A DNA stretch of 64,000 nucleotides. It comes from Moniliella sp. 'wahieum' (lineage: Eukaryota). Positions 36,251 through 52,799 of the stretch are shown here, one piece after another. The position numbers and the translations under genes are program-made. The stretch is from contig RSEE01000015.1 of the NCBI GenBank assembly GCA_003971905.1, forward strand, positions 1 to 64,000, read 5' to 3'. Under the pieces are notes generated by a model. It was not told where the DNA came from. It was given only the letters and a program-made list of their open reading frames with translations, and made no database searches. The stretch's first letter is position 1, and the number at the start of each line of letters is the position of its first letter.

Positions 36251-36792
36251 GCACAGAAAGAAGGTCGAGGTCGAGGCAGAGGTGGGGGGCAGGGGCGACG
36301 CGCTTGCGGTATCCTTGGCGCACTTGCACTTGGCGGCGCGGTGCAATGAATCAATTGCCCAGGAAACGGGTGCGGGTCTACGATCTAGATCTAATTGGGC
36401 CGCTCGCGGCGGTGCATCATCATAGGTGTTCGATCCTGCGTCACGCGTCACCCTCGCGTACCTTCCGCGCCCCGAGCGTCTTCAGCGCTTCAGCAGGCCG
36501 GATCCTCAGCCCGTTTTCAGGCATGATCAGTCCAGAGCCGGAGGCAAACTCGCTACCCACTATGATGTTGTCTTCCAACAGACGTTCGTCCGAGTTCATC
36601 GCATGTCCCACACAAGGCGAGGGACTGGGACAAGAGGACAGAAGGGCATTGGCTCCGAGAAAGAAGAAGAAAAAGAAACATACCATGTGGGGTTTTATAT
36701 ATGCCAGACACAGTGTGGCATATTATAGTGTGAGCAACCCCTGTGAGATCTGTGAGAGTCGAAGATTGAATGAGAGGAGAGAGGCAGGACTT

Positions 36793-38479
36793 TCACTTGG
36801 CTGCCTGCTCTCCACCGCGTCCGTGGCGCTTGGGCTCTTCGTCGTCGTCTCGTCCGTCGATGCGTAGCTCTATTACTCCCACCGTACCCGCAGTCAGAAT
36901 CCTCGAAAACCCACACAAACGAGAAGTGAGGAACGAGAAGGAAGAAAAAGAGACACACTCCAGCAAACGAAGCACATACTCCCCGCTTTTTCTACGCTTC
37001 GTTCTGGTACCTTGGACAGTACCCTCCCTTGCCTTTTGGTCAAACAAGTCGGATGCATGGCCCATCGCGTACGCCACCCTGTCGTTGCACACATAATACA
37101 GTTAGCTCTTTCTCCCCTCGCCCCCTCCGCTCACAGCACCCCACATCCAGAGACACCGTACAAGTTGGTCTGGATCCCAGCCTCAGCATCGCCCAACTTC
37201 TTCTCCAACACCGACTCGAGCGCCTGCACTGCGGCAGCTCACCCAATGTCTGCGGCACTAACACCTTCACCTTCACCTGTTGGGTCGACGAGTCCAAAGT
37301 ACGACTGTGCGCTTGCTGCAACGTCTCCACGGCCACCGGCGGTCTTGCCGCCCACTCCGTCTCGCGCGACAAGAGGGACTCGGCGGCGCTGGAGAAGACA
37401 TGGGTAGGCTCCTCGCTGCACGTCTCGTCCTCATTCGCGATTGTGGCCTCTTGGGTCGCTCCTGCGCCTGATTGCACGGCGCCGTTCTCTGTGCACGGAT
37501 CGGCTGCTGGCGCTGTGGCCTCGGCAGCACGGGGCCCCGCCGGCGCTGCCACGTTTGAGGAAGACGCAATGGAAACCAGCGTGGGAAGGTCCACTTTGCT
37601 GTTCCCTCCACCAGTTGTGGATGGGGCAGGTGCCGCCCCATCCCACTTTCACCTCCCCTACCGCACCGCACCCGCTTTGGCCATGGCCAGGTGCACAGCC
37701 AAGTTGACCAACTTACTCACCGTGCTTCCACTCGTGCTGGATCCTGCACCTGCACCTACACCTGTTGCTCCTGCGCCTCCGCCAGGCCCCGCTCCCCCTC
37801 CTTCGGCCCCGGCACCCAGAAACGCTTGCCCCGCCTGGCTCGCATGTGTCATCGCCGCAGCTAGAAGCGCACTGAGGTCCGCCCCGCCAGCCCCTCCGGG
37901 CGCTGGAGCACCTGCTGATGCGGCGGCTGGTGCTTCTTCCGTCGCGGCGGAAAAAGGGCACCAGGGGCCGTACCTGTGCCTGTGCTTGTGCTTGTGCTTG
38001 TACTTGTACTTGCGCTTGTGGCCGCCGGCCCACGCGAACTGGCTGCTGCCACAACCGAGGCAAGAAGGTGCAAGACAGTTTGCATGTTGGACGCGGACGC
38101 CGGTGGGGCCGCAGCCGCACCCGCATCGGTTGCCGTTGGAGCGGGCACAGTGGCCGCACCAGCACTAGCACTACTAGCACCCGCACTGGCGCTAGCAGTC
38201 CTACCCTCACCGGCCGTGTGGCTGGCGACGAGCGAGTCTAGCGTGCTCACCACCTTGCTCATGTCGAGGCTGGAAGTGCTGGCGGCCGGGGCGGGGCGGC
38301 CGGACTGACCCAGGGTCAGAAGTAGCGGCGCTACCTGTTGAGCTGCTGCTCGTCGCGGCCGGGGCCCCCGCTTGGTGCTGGGCCAGCAGATTGGAAGCTA
38401 AACCCAGGAGCGCATGCAGATCCACACCCCGCTCGCCATCGGCGGCACGAGGTGCAGCTTGCTGTTCGTCCTGGCTCAT
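36793..38479 (-). CDS. Beta-flanking-protein-like (DUF7721-like) Gly/Ala-rich fungal protein; reading frame disrupted
   Basis: Motifs HVFSSA, DIG*AAAVQAL, VSKLVNLAVHLAMAKA, VAYAMGHASDLFDQKAREGTVQG and DAVE..AAK resemble the family signature (G.AAA.QAL ... AMAEASKLFD ... K.DAV..AA). The 3' end is uncertain. Confidence 0.55.
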
Positions 38480-38692
38480 CGTCGTCGTGGATGAAAGATA
38501 GGGAAAGGGGCAGGGGTGGGGGGGAGGGGTGTAGTGCAATCCACTGTCCTCGGACGCCTACCGCCACGGACTAGTAGTACCTATCCTTTCCTACTCAGGG
38601 GCTATTATGGGAGGAGCGCGGGGACGGGGGCCCACGTGACCGGGGACCATCCCGATGGCCAGCACGCGTGGGGAGATGGCAGCAACATGCAT

Positions 38693-41600
38693 TTACAATG
38701 CCAAAAACGTGCCGTCTTGCGGGCACCGCGCCTGGGTCGGCCGCAGCAGCGGCCCTTGGCCCAGCAAGCCAAACGCGGCGGACGAGGCGGCGGTCTGGAC
38801 CTGGGCGGTGCTCACCGTGCGCGGCTGGGCGGTCGCCGCCGCCAACAGACGGTTCGCCTCGGCGCGTTGGGCGTCGAGCCGCTGTTGCTCCTGGTGCAGC
38901 TGCTGCCACTCGGACGCCAGCGCCGCTTCCTCGGCCACCAGCAGACTGTCCATCTTCTCCAGCTGGTTCAGCTTGGCCTGCCACCCCTGTCAGCAATCCG
39001 TACGAGGCGAAACATAAGGGCCAAAGAGAAGCACGTACATTCATCTTGAACATCTGGTTCTCCAGCACCCGTCCCACGATCATCTGACACTCCACCTCTT
39101 CGAGCGAGGCCAGCACCTGTGCCTTGGCCGCGGCGGCGGCCAAGGCGAGCGTCGCCGTGTGCTCCAGCGGGGTTCGGGCCGGTGCGGAGGGGTCCAAGGC
39201 TACCGCTGCCGCGATGGCGGGCGGGACGGCATTGAGCAAAAACCCAACCACCTCAGTGATCGGGTTCTTGGCGTCCGACAAGGGCCGTTCCAACCCGTCG
39301 TCGCGCATGAACCGCAACGGTCCCAACGCCGCCAGCGGCACCTGGTCCGTGATCCTCGCTTCCCCGCCCAGTGCCACCACCTGCACCACACATTCGTCCC
39401 GTGTCTTGCCCACATGCGCAGCAACCGCGTCCCAACTGGCAGGGTAAAGCGCCAACGCTTCCCGTAGCCGCGCTGTCTCTGCCTCGTCCCAGCCGCCTTG
39501 GAGGGGGGGTTGGACCAGGCGGAACTGGCCGGCCAACAGCCGGGTTGGGAACTTGCCTTCTTCATAGCACTTGGGGCAGAGTAGGAAGGAATCCACCTGG
39601 ATCGCAGCGAAATGCTTGTCCTTGCACTCGACGCCGCAGGTGGCACAGTGCACGCCATCTCCCCTTGGCAGTTCCTCCTCTCGCCTCGTTTCCACCGCGG
39701 GGGGCGGATTGACCGTTCGGCTTGGCAGGCCCGGGTGAAGGTGAGCGGTCTGCGGCGTGCGGAGGGGGGTGTAAGGCGGGCCTAGCGTCGGCGCGCGGTC
39801 GTCCACCATATAATTGATCAACCCCCACTGCTCCAGGAACGCATGGACGCGCATGATGGCACACATCGCCAGGTAAGTTGCGCCGACACGCGGTAAAAGT
39901 GAGATATTCCTTTGGGTTGAGCCGGAAGGTGGACACCATAAAGTCGCGGTAGGCCTTGTACACGCTCGGCGTCTTGGTTGCGTTCTTGCTATTGAAAAAC
40001 TCGGGTAGCGCACGCTCCTCAATCGGGTGGATGCGCCCCGGGTCAAACCACACGGCAAAGGAGGGTACAACGACGGGCTGCGTCTGAGCCGTAAGCGCTT
40101 TTTGCGTGATCGGTTCCCTCACCTCGCGGCTTGCTGTAATGATCACCTTGGCCTCCGTCTCCGCAGGAAGGGCTTCGGCCATGATCGTATCCGTACCTTC
40201 AGTTGGCGCCGGCCCAAGCCCGGCGGGCAGATCAAAATGCACTTCATTTGAGATCATAGCTTCGTCAACAGCTCCACCCTCCAGGGTGGGAACTTCCACA
40301 GCGGGAGTGGGTTCGATCGGACCTGGCAAAACATGGGGTTCTACAGCTGGTATGGCCGGAGTGGATGCTTGTAGAGAGGGTGCCTCCAACATGGGCGTCT
40401 CCGGGGCTGAGACGTCCGGCGCGGGAGCTTCCAGAGCTGGAGCTTCCAGAGTAGGAGCTTCCAGAGCTGGAGCTTCCAGAGTAGGAGCTTCCAGAGCTGG
40501 AGCTTCCAGAGTAGGAGCTTCCAGATCGGATGCCTCCAGTGGGGCGTGTACATCAACCGATGGTGCTTCCACGACTGGTTCAGCCGGAGCAGAGGGGTGG
40601 GGAGCTGATGGATGCACAGCTGAACCTTCCACATCAGGCGGGATCTCCAGGGGGGCGGGTTCAGGAGCTGGTGCCGCCAGGTCGACAGACTCCACCGGTG
40701 GCGCCTCCAGTGTGGATGGTTCCGGCACTGGGGCCGCGGGCGCTGGGGTCTCTACCGGAACTTCGACTGGAGCTTCTGGCAACGGAGTTTCGGTCGCTGG
40801 AACCTCCGCCACTGGAGCATCCGGCATTGGAGCTTGTGGTACTGGGGGGTGGGACACCAGAGCTTCCCCTGGAGCTTGCGGTACTGGCGCTTGGGGCACT
40901 GGAATTTCCATCGGAGTTTCCACGGGCTCTGCTACCGGTGCTTCCACTGGAGCTTCCACCGACGCTTCCACAGGTACTTCCGCTGGTTCTGCTACCGACG
41001 CTTCCACCGGTTCTGCCACCGGCGCTTCCACCGGAACCTCCGGGTTGGGAGCTTCCACTGAATCTTCGGAATCTGGGGCGATCAGCGATGACCCACTGGC
41101 CTGCAGCGACGGCGGGGGTGCAACAAGGATGGAGTAGGTGCGCTCGCCTTGTTGAGTGTGGCTGGGCAGGGGCAAGGAAGAGAGGGTGGGGAGGTAGTCC
41201 TGCTCCTCGGTCCATTCGTTGAAGCGAGCACTATCTTGGAGCCAAAGCAGGGAAACCTGGCAGGGCGTCTCGAGCGGCGGCGGAGCAAGGGGTGGAAACG
41301 TGCTAGGCAGCCACGTATCAAACGAGCTGGGGTGGCGAACAAGGTGGATGAGTGTCGAGTCTTGCTTGGTGTTGAGAGGACGGAAGGTGTACCCCTGCGC
41401 CTGCGCCTGCCCTTGCTCTCGATCCTGGTCGCCCGCGGTCCCCTGTCCCTCTCCTTCGTTGTTGGAGGGAAGGAGGATGTGCGTGGCATCGGTTGGCTCC
41501 GATACCCAGTCCGCTGTACCCTCGGTCAGTCAGATTCCACAAGCCAGGCGGGTCACACGTACCACCCAATTGGCCTGCGAGGCGTTGCAGGTGCTCGACC

Positions 41601-42046
41601 GTGTCGGGTGCCAGCTGCGGCGCAGCAATGCGGATGGGAGGAAGAAGTCCTTCGTCTGTCAAGCGCGCACGGACAGAGCGGAGGAGGTCGAGGTAAAAGG
41701 GCACGGCTTCCTCCTGGAGGATATCGTGCCAGTCGGGCTTGGCGTGCTGCTGGAGAAAGAAAAGGGCAAACTGGAGTGTCCAGCGGGCGGGGGATGTTTC
41801 CCCTGCTTGACAAGGCAGGAGGAAGGAGGCAGGCAGGCGGACAGGCCGGTCGGGGGACGGATGGGCCAAGTGGAGCGCCTGGAAGGTCTGCAGGGCGCGG
41901 GCGAAGGCGACGAGCTCGGCGGGCGTGAGGGTGGTGGATGGGGTGGGGTAGGGCGGCGCCAGGGCGTGGCTGATGGCAGCGGGGAGCGCGTCGAAGGCGA
42001 CAGGCTCGCTGCCAGGAAAGCTGTTGATGCGTACCTCGAGCGCCAT
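38693..42046 (-). CDS. SWI3/RSC8/SMARCC chromatin-remodeller subunit with N-terminal MarR-BRCT-chromo module
   Basis: SWIRM ([26 protein letters not shown]...[30 protein letters not shown]), ZZ ([14 protein letters not shown]), SANT ([28 protein letters not shown]) and SMARCC-C ([13 protein letters not shown]). The upstream exons match the BAF155 N-terminus. Confidence 0.92.
40424..40524. repeat. Coding minisatellite, 15/30-bp unit encoding ([10 protein letters not shown])n
   Basis: GGAGCTTCCAGAGCTGGAGCTTCCAGAGTA occurs about three times in the acidic Pro-rich linker of the SWI3-like gene. Confidence 0.9.
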
Positions 42047-42679
42047 GCGGCCACAAGTCCAGCCACGGGCCAACGCGTCGCGGGGGTGGTGGTGTGCGGA
42101 GTTGAACGCAGGCGCGCCGGCTGGCTCAGCGCCGATGCACCCTCTTACGTCAGCCATCTGTCACGTGCCGGACGGGTGATCTGGGACGCATGACCAGCTC
42201 TCTCGTTGGCTCTTGCATTTGTTTTTTGTTTTGAATTGTTTTGTTTTGGGGCCTGGATGCACCGTGTGAAGATCGAATGCCGGCGCCCCCCAGCTCCTCG
42301 AGCATCACATATCACATGCACGCGTGCGAGCGGGGAAAGGATGGAGGAATGAATCGCACTCAGTGTCGTCTGGCCGGGGTGGCTGCTGTTCACCCCGGAT
42401 GCACAAGCGCCCTTTGGATGGCCCGCGCTGATGGTGCTTGGCTCGGCCGGTGGTGGTGGGGGGGGGGCGGCGGTGATGCGGTGATGCGGGCGGAGGCGGC
42501 GGCGCAGGGACGGGAGGATCACACATGCGTCATGCATTCACACGGATCTGCTGCACGGATGACGCACGGCACATTATGTGCACCAAGCCTGTCACGTGGC
42601 CCCGCGCCCTGCGCTGCCGTGCCTCGCTGGGTTAGCACTTGGCGCTTAGCGCCCTGTATCTCTGCCACCATCTGCCGCC

Positions 42680-44843
42680 ATGTCCACCAGGCCAACCTTG
42701 CGGCGCACCCTCACCGAGCCCGCCGGCGCCTCCCCCGCGCCCGCCCACCCCCGCATCTTCTCCTCGCTCCGCCGCCACCCCGGGCCACAGCATCGCCGCC
42801 GCCCTCGCGCCCGTCCGCGCCGTGGCCGAGAGCACGGCGAGCCCCTTTATGGTTGGCGCCCTGGGCGAAGATGGGCGACGCAGGAACTTTCACCGCCACC
42901 CGCAGGACCGCGATCCGGAGCTGTTTGATCAGCCGACACTGCCTCCCCCTCCCGCGGCCGGTCCGGAAGCGTGGGATCGTCCCTGCCGCATCGGCGGAGC
43001 CTGTTTGGCCTGCGCCGCAACCGCTCCTACTCGCCCGTCCCGCATCACGGCGAGGCTGCCTCTGAGCGCTCCAGCATGGATCTTGGGCGGGTAGAGGAGC
43101 GCGGTGCTCCTCGTGCCTCCGCCGACTCGGCCCGCCCAAGTTCCGTCGCATCCTCCAGCTCCGATGCCAGCTCCCGCTCCCCCGACGATGGTTTGTCGTC
43201 GGCAACCGCGGGCGGTCCATCGGCTACTGCCCCGAACGCCGATGCAAGCTCGTTTGTTGCTCCGCAACCGGCCGGGGACCTCCACCGGGATGATGCCAGT
43301 TCCGAAGTGGAGCAAAGCAAGATCCGGCAGGAAGTGGTAGACTCGGCCATCCGGACAGCACAGGACGAGTCCGAAGATGATAACAGCGATGTGTCGGACG
43401 ACGAGGCAGATTGGGACATTGACCCCATCCTGCTTGACAACACGATTTACAATGCCAACTACCTGGAGCTGCCTCCAGATGATCCGCGGATTCACCAGGA
43501 TCCTGTCGATGCGGGCGATGATGATCATGCAGGTGCACCCAACGTGGTGCTGAGGGACTTTTGCTCCCAGGTGGACCACCTTAAGCACGCTACCATCGAC
43601 ACGCCAGAGCAGCTGGGGTGCAACCATCTTCAAGTGTCCAACCCGATCTTTGAGCGCAACCGCTGTACAATTACCATTACCTCGGGAGATTGGGCTGGGG
43701 CGCAGGGCAAGCGCACACGGCAGAAGCGGTATGTGGTTGCGTCGGATGGGAGCGAGGAGGCGGCATATGCGGCGGAATGGACGATTGGGACCGTGTTGCG
43801 CGACGGCGACGAAGTGCTGGTGGTCAATGTGATGGAGACAGACATCAAGTTTGACGAACTGGACCGTAAGAACGACACGACTGCGGCGCGTGCAGAGCAT
43901 CAAAGCATTCGTGCCGCCGAAGCGCGAGTGCTGGTCGCACAGTGTACCCGTCTCTTGGAGCGGACGCGACTGTCAGTCAAGGTTGTGACCCAAGCGTTGC
44001 ACGCCAAGAATGCCAGGCACATGCTGCTTGACCTTATTGACTTTTACGAGCCGACGATGGTTATCGTCGGGAGTCGTGGCCTGAGTAGCCTCAAGGGCAT
44101 CCTGCTGGGTTCGACAAGCCATTACTTGGTTCAAAAATCCAGCGTGCCTGTTATGGTGGTGCGCAAGCGCTTGACACTTCCGCCCCTGCCCAAGGCCAAG
44201 GCGGATGTAGTGGCGGATGTGAAGGCGCGGCACCGTGAGCTGCGTGATGCAGCCATCGAGAAGGAGTCGAATGTTACGGACCAGAATCCTGAGCTGGCCG
44301 AGGTGGAAGAGCAAGAAATCAAGGATGCAGCGCTCAAGGAAAAGAAGCCTTCCGAAAACTCGAGCGGCCCACGCATTCCGCATGTGCCTGGTGTCGGGGG
44401 GAAGAAGGCAGCGGTTGCCGCGGAGGAGCGGGCGCATGCTGAGGTGGATAAGGTGCGGGAGAAGGAGGCGCAGCGAGAGCTGGAGCGGGAGAAGCAGCGC
44501 TTTGTCGCCCGTTCGGCCGAAGAAGAACGTGATCGGGTTCGGATGGAGCAAGCCGAGCGTGCGCTCAAGCGGGCCAAGGCGGCAGGCCGTGTCGAGACGT
44601 CATCGATTTCTGAGAAGGAAATCCAGGAGGTGGAAGGCATTGGGTCCGCGGATGGGAGCCACGAGGCGAACGGGCTGCACCATGTGCGCTCAGCGTCATC
44701 CCCATCGCGCCCCCCCACCGCGTTGTTGGGGGGCGGCGGTGGGAGACGAGGCTGGCGGCGCGGCTGATTCTGAAGCGCGGCGGCCGCACGCGCAGACGTC
44801 GCTGGGTTCTCCTTCGCGCACGGATGGCGAGGAGGCTGCCTGA
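42680..44843 (+). CDS. Fungal universal stress protein (USP) domain protein
   Basis: RYVVASDGSEEAAYAAEWTIGTVLRDGD...PTMVIVGSRGLSSLKGILLGSTSHYLVQKSSVPVMVV. ATG at 42680. The 3' end is 44767 or 44843 depending on a frameshift. Confidence 0.9.
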
Positions 44844-45271
44844 GATGATATGTAACTGGCTGTTGTGAATGATGGATGCTGTGGACGAAGGGATGTGGTG
44901 GGAAGCGGGTATAGATGCAGGAGAAGAATGGTGATGGGGTGACAGGCTGCTGTGGCGTGTTCTGAGCTCAGTCCGACTCCACCAGCAGCAAAGCACGCGG
45001 TGGATAGCACACTTGCAACATTCAAACCCCAGGCGCAGTCGATGCGTCGACAATGGCCAAACGTTAATGGCCGGTGGCCGGTGATCGGTGGCCGGTGATC
45101 GGTGGCCGGTGATCGAGTGATCTCGCGTGCGATTGAAACGGTCAGCCCCAGCCTCCACCGATGATCACAGCTTGATCCCTCGCCCGCCCGCCCCCACCTC
45201 ACCTCCACCCCCTCCCCCCTCCACCCGCCTCTTGGCCATTTCGCCTCTGCAGCGGACTGGCGTCGCCAACG

Positions 45272-50402
<5,131 letters not shown>

Positions 50403-50926
50403 GAGCGGTGTGCGCGCCCCATCCGTCTTGAGTCCATCCTCTTCGGTCCATCCTCCTACGATCCACAAACAAGCATCGCCCTTAGCTTACCCTGACGATG
50501 TCGGTGATGGAAGTGTGGTTCCAGTGTAGGACGTAGTCCCAGCGATGGGGGAGGGTCACGGTCAACACGTTGACCGCATGCGCCACGGTAGCTTTTACTC
50601 CACCCATTAACCATTTGTCTAGGCTGCGACGTCACATTCACTGGTCAGTTTCAGCCCAGGCTTCCGCATGAGATCTGAGATCGGGGAGCTTCAGCCAGCA
50701 GGCCGGCCGGGGGGGCCAGTGACAGGAGAGGGGGCAGTGGCCAGTAGGGTTAGCCGCAGCTGTGCAAAAATCCCACCGAGACTGTGGTCCAGTGCGGGAC
50801 GTAGGATTGCAGGCACCCGGGTGGTGTTTTGCAACCCTACCCGCGCCCATCCGCCGCCATCAGCTACCTGCAGCATCGCCCGCGGCGGCATTGCTTCGGT
50901 CCCATCCCACCAAGAACTGCTTCAAG

Positions 50927-51515
50927 ATGGCGCCCAAGGCTGACCCCTCGATTCCTGTCACCGTTATCCTCCGCGCCACCGGTGGCGAGGTCGGTGCGTC
51001 CTCGGCTCTTGCCCCCAAGATCGGTCCTCTTGGTCTGGTGAGTGCCCCCATCCCGCCCGCCCCTCCCGTTGCACGTACGCGGGAAAACGGGCAGCATGGC
51101 TAACCATGGTTTTCTTTGTGCCCCACAGTCGCCCAAGAAGATTGGTGAGGACATTGCCAAGGCCACTGGGGAGTGGAAGGGCCTGCGTGTGACGGTGAAG
51201 CTGGTTGTGCAGAACCGTCAGGCGGCTGTGTCGGTGGTGCCCTCGGCTTCGTCGCTGGTCATCCGCGCGCTGAAGGAGCCCCCCCGTGACCGCAAAAAGG
51301 AGAAGAACATCAAGCACGGCGGCAACATTCCGTTTGACGAGATTGTGGAGATTGCGCGCACCATGCGCCCGCGTTCCTTTGCCAAGGACCTTTCCGGCGT
51401 GGTCAAGGAGATCCTCGGTACCGCCCAGTCGGTCGGCTGCCGCGTCGACCGTCGCCCCCCTCACGACATTATTGACGCCATCAACGAGGGGGAGATTGAG
51501 GTTCCCCAGGAGTAA
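50927..51515 (+). CDS. RPL12: 60S ribosomal protein L12 (uL11)
   Basis: MAPKADP...[41 protein letters not shown]...[15 protein letters not shown]. Intron at 51038-51128 (GTGAGT..CTAAC..CAG). Confidence 0.98.
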
Positions 51516-52799
51516 CTTGTTTGCCCTCGTTGCCTCATGTCCCACCACCTTGGGTGTTGTGCGCGCTAATGCTTGTGCGTCCGTCGCACCTTTGCGCTCA
51601 TGAACCTCTTAGTTGGCGCTTTTCTCGCCACATGGGGTGTTCATGGCACCTGTACCAAATGGTTAACCCTCCTTTGGTCCCTCGATGTCATGCCCCCCCC
51701 CCCCCTCCTTGCCTGTGCCGGGCTACCCAACTGCACACATCGAAAAGCTATGGCCCTTGACCATAATCTGCCTACGTTTTATCGGGGCGTTGCTCTCCAC
51801 CATAGTTACAAGAGTGTGTTGGTTTTTGTGGAAGAGAGAGATTGAGCAAAGCAGCTGGGAAGGGGTGCTTAAGGCAAGGTTCGTTCCATCAACAGCATTC
51901 TCAGCAAACATCTCTAGTTTGCCGCCATATTGCATGCGTTTGGTAGCACCTCCGACCATGGACCGACCCTGCCACGTAGCGACAGATTTGTTCAAGCACT
52001 GTCGAGTCCCCTCTGAGGCCCTGAGGCCTGGATGTGGGAAAGGATCATAATGCACACTGGCACGAGACCTCTGCTGGGAAGACAAAAGGCGCACGGAATT
52101 TCCCTCCACACTGCACAACAAACGATGGAACGAGGCGAACCATGGAACTATGGAGCTATGGAACTATGGAACGGTGGGCGGTGGAGCGGGAACCTATTCA
52201 TGGAATGGGAGACTATTGGTAGGCATATGGAGTGGTGCAGTGCAGGGGGTGATGATTGGCTGTGTCTCTCGTGTTGCTCGCGCGCTCACTAGCTCGCTCG
52301 CCGCTCGCGGCCTGAACACCTGCTTGTTGCTGGGTTCTTTGATTCGGGCAAGAGAAGCGAGCCTCCTGTGACGGGGGGGGAGGTGCCAACAGGTGTGTCG
52401 CGTTGGGTTGGGTTGAGTGGGGTGGGGAATGCGGGCACAGAGCGGCTGGGCTGAACTGTACGGCGAGGTTGCGCCCGGCTGGCCGGCACGCCGTTCTGCC
52501 AGGGGCGCCGAGCGCTTCGAGAAGGCGGCGGCCGCGCCTCGATCAATCAATCTAGTTATCAATCAGCTTCTCGGTCAGCGAGAGGAATCGGTGTGTGATG
52601 GGTGATGCTGGCGGGGTGAGCGAGCCGAACAGACGCCCACACAGAACAGCTGCCGGCAGAGCTATCCTGGGTGGGCTGGAGCCACAAGCCACCGGCGCCC
52701 ATCTGCGCGGCCTCCCTGCTGCTGTCGACGATCGCGCCGCGATGATGGCCCGTTCTGGATCCGCCCCGATCACCCTGAGCTTGATCACTTGGTATTGAT

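Noticed and set aside
36400..36450. GTTCGATCC resembling a tRNA T-loop (also GTTCGATT near 30862)
   Set aside because: No cloverleaf stems or A-box could be built around either.
36000..42500. Mating-type locus
   Set aside because: Only a beta-flanking-like gene was seen. No homeodomain, STE3 receptor, pheromone or MIP gene was recognised.
52140..52175. ATGGAACT-type 8-bp tandem repeat (also (CTGTG)n at ~16240 and (GCCGGTGATCGGTG)n at ~45077)
   Set aside because: Short simple repeats with no further structure.
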